A stretch of DNA of 64,000 nt, taken from assembly GCF_009914755.1 (NCBI RefSeq), contig NC_060934.1, one strand, 5' to 3'. The notes beneath the pieces are model-generated. The model saw only the letters and a list, made by a program, of their open reading frames with translations, was not told the origin of the DNA and searched no databases. A program made the position numbers and the translations under genes. Positions 57,550 through 64,000 of the stretch are shown here, piece after piece (the first letter of the stretch is position 1; each line of letters opens with the position of its first letter). The DNA comes from the human T2T-CHM13v2.0 reference genome, Homo sapiens.

Positions 57550-57755
57550 TCAACATTATGTAAACAAAAACTTCATTAAAAAGAGCAAAATATCTGAACA
57601 GACGGTTCACCAAAGAGAGCACACAAGCATGCAAATTTTTTTATCATTTGTCTTTAGATAATTACAAATTAAAACAACAAAAAGGTGCCACTGTACATTG
57701 AATACAGCAATCATGCTCTTAGGTATTTACCCAGTTGATTTGAAAATGTTTTTCT

Positions 57756-58119
<364 letters not shown>

Positions 58120-58188
58120 TCATTAAAAACTAAAAGCAACCAAGATGTATTTCAATAAGTGAATTTTTATAACACACTGTGGTATATC

Positions 58189-58903
58189 TGTAATGCCTGA
58201 GGTTCTTGCCTAGCCACACCAAAGAATTGGTGTGCTAGCTGACCACGGCGAGTGATAGAGACATGGACCGAGAGCGAGAAAAAACTGTAAGCTTTATTAA
58301 GCAGAGTGAAAGTACAAAGCTTCCACAGCATGGGAGGGGTCCTGAACGGGTAGCCACTGTTGGTTTTGGGTGATTGCCTTTTAAACTCTTTAAAGCGGGA
58401 GATACATGAGGTGGGAAGCTTGTTACAGGAGCCGGAAACAAAGGCAGTAAATTATTTTGTGACATGTCTTAGATTTTGAGGAAAACCGGAATTGCAACTT
58501 AGGTTTTATCTACTTTAGGACCTTGCAGCAGCATGGCAAAGGAGACAGGATCTTACAGGACTTTACAAAGTATGTTTACAAGGAATCTGAATTGGGAGTG
58601 TAGATAAGGTCCACTGGTCACAGAAAAATGAGCAGTTAACATTCCTTTATTTTAGTTTCAGGGGCGGGGGAAGGGAGAGAGGGAGAGAAGATACAGGGAA
58701 ACTTACAGCAAATTTTTCACTGTTTATAGCTTTCTTGGGGAAGAAAACACATGCACGAATCCTGGTGTTAGGAATATTTTAAGCGTATATCTTCAATATT
58801 ATTCATCCAGGACTGAAGTAAGTCCTGATGCAGGAAATGAGTGAGTTTCACAGCTTTCTGAGCCCCTACTTGACCCAGGAAGCCCAGCTGGCACCTCCTC
58901 TCA
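58189..58903 (-). repeat. 3' LTR (715 bp)
   Basis: Minus strand runs TGAGAGGAGG...TTACA with AATAAA at 58293-58298. Preceded by PPT TTTAGAGGCAGGAC (58904-58917). Confidence 0.97.
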
Positions 58904-58920
58904 GTCCTGCCTCTAAACAG

Positions 58921-59369
58921 GACACCCCAACTGCTGTTGGGAACCGTGTGGCAGTCGTTCTGGCTACTTCCTGCTGGTTAGGGGTGAAGAAGGGGCCCTG
59001 CAGTTTGGTGTCCTCCAGAGGGGAATTTTCTAGGGTAATTGAGGGACCAGCGGGTTGATCCAGGGGTCCTCGGTAGAAGCCGTGAGCTGAGCTCATTTGA
59101 GGTTCCATTTGTAAGATCATTTGTAGCTTGATGGCTTTGATCCTGGAGGGAACAAATTTGACAAGAGGTTAAAAATGCAAGGCCCAAAGGCGAGTAATAG
59201 TAGGATGGCTGTCACAGGTCCTAGAAAGGGGAGGAGCCAAGGTATCCATTGGTTAAACATATTCAAGGGTCCTGAGTGTTCAAGCTCCTTTTTCCTACTT
59301 TCTATCTGTTCTTTTATTTCTTTGACCTTTTCAATAATGATTCCCAACTGGTTAACAAAATAGCAACAT
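58921..59369 (-). pseudogene. env: env remnant (TM ectodomain end, membrane anchor, cytoplasmic tail), frameshifted
   Basis: Reads CCYFVNQLGIIIEKVKEIKEQI...WIPWLLPFLGPVTAILLLLAFGPCIFNLL, then MILQMEPQMSS..GFYRGPLDQP, homologous to HERV-W/syncytin-type TM. Confidence 0.93.
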
Positions 59370-60150
59370 GAACTGGGAGTTAGAGTGCAGGGGAATGCAG
59401 AAGAAGGCATCTTTGAGGTCCAAAACAGTGAACCATTCTTTCTCTGGTATTTGAGAGAGCAGTGTATAAGGGTTGGGTACAGCAGGATATAAACGAATTA
59501 CTGCCTCACTGATGATTCTGAGGTCTTGCACTAGTCTCCACTGGCCATTTGGTTTTTGTATTCCTAGGATTGGGGAGTTGCAATGACTGCTGCATTTTCT
59601 TACTAATCCTTGAGTTTTTAAATGTCTGACAATATCCTGTAATCCTTTGAGAGCTTTAGGCCTTAAGGGATATTGCCATTGATAAGGAAAAGTGGTGGAG
59701 TCTTTTAGCCTGATTTGAACTGGATGGGTATTCTTTGCCCTTCCAAATTGTCCTTCCAAGGCCCAGACTTCAGAATTGATTCCTTCTTCAAGGAAGGGAC
59801 AACAAATGGGTAATTTGTTCCCCATATTCATGTAGATAATAGTCCCAGCTTTGGCTAATATGTCCCTCCCTAATAAGGGTGGGAGTTTCGGGCATAACAA
59901 GAAAGGCATGTGAAAAGAGCAAAGTCTCCTAATTGCAGCTGAGGAGGCGAGAGAAATACCTGGTTACAGACTGTCCTAAGATTCCTTGGATAGCAACGGA
60001 CTTTGAGGACAGTCATCCTGGGCAGGAGATTAAAACTGAGAAGACTGCACCAGTGTCCAGGAGGAAGTCCACTTTGTGGCCCTCAATGGTCAAACTTACC
60101 TGGGGCTCTGTGAGGTTGATGGCATGAGTGGGTGCTTGCCCCAGGCACCC
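59370..60150 (-). pseudogene. pol: pro and N-terminal RT remnant
   Basis: Protease FLLDTGA (DTG at 60049-60057) is in frame after the gag TGA. RT motifs NSPILGIQKPNGQWRLVQDLR and FTVLDLKDAFF are present. Truncated before LPQG/YxDD. Confidence 0.95.
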
Positions 60151-61609
60151 TCAGTCATGTTGCTGAATCATCTGGTTGGGTGCTTCTGTCCTAGAGGGTC
60201 TTCATCCTCTGGGGCAGTGTGCCTTCCAGTGATTGCCTTGGCATATTGGACATGGGCAAGGGGGCAGTTTGTTTCTGGTTGGACAATCTTTCTTAAAGTG
60301 TCCTTGGAAACCGCAATGATAACAAGCCCTACTAGGCAATTGGCCTGCTCCTCTTTTGGTTCCCTGTGAGCCACCAAGGTCTGCCTGTCTGAGAGCCATG
60401 ACTAAGGCTGCAGTCTTTCTCTTATCTCGCTTTTCCTTTTTGGCCTGCTCCTCTTGGTCCCTGTTACAGAACACCAAGGTTGCCAGGTTTAGTAATGCCT
60501 CCAAATTTTGTTCTGGGTCTAAAGCAGACTTTTGGAGTTTTCTCCTAATATCAGCTGCTGCTTGGGTGATAAATTTATCCTTTAGAATAAGTTGGCCTTC
60601 CAGGGAATCTGGAGTTAGGGAGGTATGCTTTCTTAGGGCCTCCCTTAGCCTTTCTAGAAAAGTGGAGTAGTTTTCCTCTGTTCCCTGTATAATTGTGGAT
60701 AGCATTGAGTAGTTCATAGGCTTGTTCCTAGTCTTCCTTAACCCTTCTAAAATGCAAGTTAGCAAATGCCTGTGGCTCTAATCTCCATGATCTGAGTCAG
60801 TATCCTAATGAAGGTCTACAGTGGGGACTGCCTGTTGCCCTGTGAGGAATTTTTCCCTCTCCTCCAGGGCCATTCAATCGTTTACCTGGCTAAGTTAGCA
60901 CAGATCCCCAAATTGCTGGGCTGCTGTTAAAGCTGCTTCCTTTTCAGTAGGACTTCAGGTCTGATCAAGAAGTAACATGATATTTCTCCATGTTAGATCA
61001 AAGGACAGCCCTAATCTTTGCAGGACATCTATATAGCTATCAGGATCACCTGAGAATTTTCCCAAATCTGCCTTGATTTGTTTTAAATCTGATAGTTAGA
61101 AAGGGACATGCAGGTGAATGGGCCTAAATTTTCTTCCTACTGTTTATAAGGGACATAGTTTGGGTGTCTGGCTCGTGGAGTTTACATTTTCTTTCCAGTG
61201 TGCCTTTAACACTTTGGTGGGGCCAGATGGAAGAGAGTCAGTGGGGGAGGAGAGTGAGGCTGAGGGAAGAGGCCCTGAGTATGGAGGTAATTGTGGGCCT
61301 CTGTCATTTGGGCAAAGCTTGCAGGCTTGGCACAGGGCAGTATTGTCACGAAGGGCAAAGAAAGCCTGTACGTAAGGGACTTCACTCCATTTACCTTCCT
61401 GTTTACAGAAAATCTAGTTGTAGAAGGATGTTATAATTAATATTTCCCTCAGGGAGCCAAGTTTCTCCATTTTGTAAGGAATACTGTGGCCAGGCAGTGG
61501 TACAGAAGAAAATCAGTGGCTTCTTTTTTAAGGTTTCAGGGTCGAGTTTGTCCTAATTATTCAGGATACATCTTAAGGAAGTGTCTGGTTTTGAAGGTGT
61601 GGTGCCCAT
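60151..61609 (-). pseudogene. gag: gag remnant with multiple stops
   Basis: ATG at 61609 (MGTTPSKPDTSLRCILNN*DKLDPETL), LPPY motif, MHR QGTEENYSTFLERLREAL. Zinc knuckles CYHCGFQGHFKKDC and CPICQGNHWKAHC (CX2CX3HX4C). Terminal TGA at 60151-60153. Confidence 0.95.
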
Positions 61610-62095
61610 ATGGAATTTTAACACAGGGGTGCCTACACCTCTAGTTAGTCCTCGGACTCGTCTTCCCTTAGGGCATCCCCTAAGGGTCAGGTCCATTTAT
61701 GCTCAAAGCTCACGGCCACTTTTCCTGAGCTCTCCATCTACCGGATTTAACCATGCTTACCGGTGGGATGGAAACTTCCCTTGCCCCTGCCGTGCACCCA
61801 CTGACCACTAAATGGGGCACAAGGACTGTTTGATTTATTGTGGTCCTTCTGCCAATGTGTCCTACCTGTTCCAGAGTGGCAAGTCCTGGGTCTGGGGTGC
61901 CACTGATGTTTGCATACTAAGGCCCAATTTATGAGAGCCTGGCCATGGGAATCTCTGAATTAGTGACAGGAGGCTTAATTAGCTTAAAGGTGGTGGTGGA
62001 TGTCCTCTAGGCCAGGACCAAGAGAACAGCTGCTGTACTTTAGCCCTCTGTCTCCACTTGCCATCAAAGGAGTAAGCCCCTCTCTTAAGGTGGTA

Positions 62096-62608
62096 CTAGT
62101 ATCCTGTGTCCCAACTGACTATATTTTCTTCCATCCAATACCAATTATTGAATGGTTGAAACAGCAATTCAATGGCTCTAAGACCCGTGCCTATGCACCA
62201 CAGATTGTACTCGAGAGGCCCCAAGGAACGGGAAAGTTTATTTGGGGAGCAATGGAAAAAATGCCCTAAGGCTTCTACTATCCACATGAAAATTACAGAC
62301 CTGTCTTTAAATTGTCCTGATGTGGGGGACCATACACTATGGTGGGGAACTGGCCCTTCAAAATAGTCATCAAATGGTGACACCTGTCTAAACCCTGGAG
62401 GGCACCATGAACAGGGATCTTCTGGGCACCACCCCAAGAATTTAAGACTTCTAAACAGGAAATCTTGATCCTGCCTAGAGGGAATAATTTTGCTTTCAAG
62501 GTGAGGAAAGAAGTTTAACTGGCAGACAATAGGGCCCAGGAAGCGGGAGTCAGATGTGGCTGTCTCACGCCCAGTAATCCATGCAGTGGGAGCCTCTGGC
62601 GGGGCCAT
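62096..62608 (-). CDS. Pre-gag ORF of unknown function (170 aa from ATG; frame open from 62812)
   Basis: ATG in GAGACCATGG (A at -3, G at +4). It lies in the longest open frame of the window. A decayed continuation runs to ~61747. Translation is unproven. Confidence 0.45.
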   Translation of the reverse strand: MAPPEAPTAWITGRETATSDSRFLGPIVCQLNFFPHLESKIIPSRQDQDFLFRSLKFLGWCPEDPCSWCPPGFRQVSPFDDYFEGPVPHHSVWSPTSGQFKDRSVIFMWIVEALGHFFHCSPNKLSRSLGPLEYNLWCIGTGLRAIELLFQPFNNWYWMEENIVSWDTGY

Positions 62609-62937
62609 GGTCTCAACCAAGATATCTGGGAGACCAAGACGTCTGCTGATCACTCCCAGGTGTACTTCGGGACCACCATGAAAAGCAAAAGAGTTAGAAC
62701 TGGTTTCGGACAAACCAATGCTCCTGACCCCAAAGGGTCGGGGGTCGTCAGAGAACCCTTTCCAAGACAGCCTTGACACCTGTGTCTTTAGTCTGGTCGC
62801 TGTGCTATTCACCTTTAAGTCGCAGACAGGTGCCCAGTATTTAGCCTCCTAATTCTAAGGAAGGACAGGACAGAATAGCAAGTGAAAGAGGTCCAATTGT
62901 ACTCACTGCATGATGATCTAGATACCTTTTCTGGAGT

Positions 62938-62955
62938 CTCCTGTCTGGCTCGCCA
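62938..62955 (-). promoter_or_regulatory. Primer binding site, tRNA-Arg
   Basis: Minus strand TGGCGAGCCAGACAGGAG, 3 nt after the 5' LTR. 17/18 match to the complement of the tRNA-Arg(ACG) 3' end as I recall it (TGGCGAGCCAGCCAGGAG). Confidence 0.9.
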
Positions 62956-62958
62956 AGA

Positions 62959-63676
62959 TGTAACACCTGAGGTTCTTGCCAAGCCACACCAAAGAAATGG
63001 TGTGGAAGCTGACCACAGTGAGTGAAAGAGACATGGACTGAGAGTGAGAAAAAGCTGCAGGCTTTATTGAGCAGAGTGAAAGTACAAAGCTTCCACAGTG
63101 TGGAAACAGTCTTGAATGGGTAGCCACGGTTGGTTTTGGGTGATTGCCTTTTAAACTCTTTAAGGCGGGAGATACGTGAGGCAGGAAGCTTGTTACAGGA
63201 GCGAGATCAACAAAGGCAGTAAATTATTTTGTGACATGTCTTAGATTTTGAGGAAAACCGGAATTGCAACTTAGGTTTTATCTACTTTAGGACCTTACAG
63301 CAGCATGGCAAAGGAGACAGGATCTCACAGGAGTTTACAAAGTATGTTTACAAGGAATTGGAATTGGGAGTATAGATAAGGTCCACTGGTCACAGAAAAA
63401 CAGGCAGTTAACATTCCTTTTACTTTAGTTTCAGGGGCGGGGGAAGGGAGAGAGGGAGAGAGGACACAGGGAAACTTACAGCAAATTTTTCACTGTTTAT
63501 AGCTTTCTTGGGGAAGAAAACACATGCACAAATCCTGGTGTTAGGAATATTTTAAGCATATATCTTCAGTATTATTCATCCAGGACTGAAGTAAGTCCTG
63601 ATGCAGGAAATGAGTGAGTTTCACAGCTTTCTGAGCCCTTACTCAACCCAGGAAGCCCAGCTGGCCCCTCCTCTCA
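62959..63676 (-). repeat. 5' LTR (718 bp)
   Basis: Direct repeat of 58189-58903 with TG...CA ends. AATAAA at 63063-63068. Confidence 0.97.
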
Positions 63677-64000
63677 CATCCATACTGTTGATTATGATTC
63701 AACAATAAAAAGAGGAAATAGGCCACAAAAAGACGTGAATAAATTATAAATGCATATTGAAGCCAGACTGAAGAAGCTACATACTTTACTATTAAACTAT
63801 GACATTTTGGAAATGGCAAAACTATAGAAATAGTAAAAAGATTAGTATTTTTCTAGGAGTTCTAGGAGAGGGGCAGTGGACTGAATAGGTGAAGCATAGG
63901 AGATTTTTTTTCTAGAGTGGTAAAGCTAATCTGTATGATAATATAATGGTGTATAAACAACCCTATATATTTTCAAACTGTAGAACTTTACAACACAATG
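63677..64000 (+). mobile_element. L1MB/MC-type 3'UTR, right part
   Basis: CATCCATAC..ATTCAACAATAAAAAG continues the L1 interrupted at 58188. Also ATGACATTTTGGAAATGGCAAAACTATAGA. Confidence 0.85.

Larger units (their letters stand above)
58189..63676 (-). mobile_element. Two-LTR endogenous gammaretrovirus-like provirus, HERV9/HERV-W/HERV30 clade (LTR30-like), internally deleted
   Basis: Paired LTRs about 93% identical by hand alignment, tRNA-Arg PBS, PPT, and gag/pro/RT/env remnants. 4-bp TSD TATC/CATC inside an L1. Confidence 0.95.

Noticed and set aside
58808-58827. Hairpin CAGGACT-GAAGTA-AGTCCTG
   Set aside because: A short stem present in both LTRs as part of U3, with no evidence of an independent function.
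59352-60765. 185-aa pol and 187-aa gag ORFs as possible functional genes
   Set aside because: Both are internal pieces between stops. The RT lacks YxDD and gag has several upstream stops.

Overview
This is primate (most likely human) genomic DNA, not prokaryotic. The window is AT-rich and repeat-dense, and I see no convincing host protein-coding exon, RNA gene or CRISPR array. Most ORFs in the track are Alu, L1 or LTR artefacts. It holds about 20 Alu/FLAM elements, several old L1s, MIR, L2 and hAT remnants, many ERV1 and MaLR LTRs (several nested, with readable target-site duplications, TSDs) and one two-LTR gammaretrovirus-like provirus on the minus strand (58189-63676). That provirus belongs to the HERV9/HERV-W/HERV30 clade: LTR30-like LTRs, tRNA-Arg primer-binding site, decayed gag-pro, RT fused to the env tail by a large deletion. 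The most interesting signals are: (1) a long pre-gag ORF in the proviral leader with a strong Kozak ATG; (2) a ~140 bp ancient-looking palindrome at 19.3 kb; (3) ~750 bp of non-L1, intron/exon-like DNA replacing the RT part of an old L1; (4) recurrent TGG>TAG stops suggestive of APOBEC3G editing; (5) a short local duplication spanning an LTR/flank junction. Repeat subfamily names come from my recollection of consensus sequences and need RepeatMasker/Dfam confirmation.
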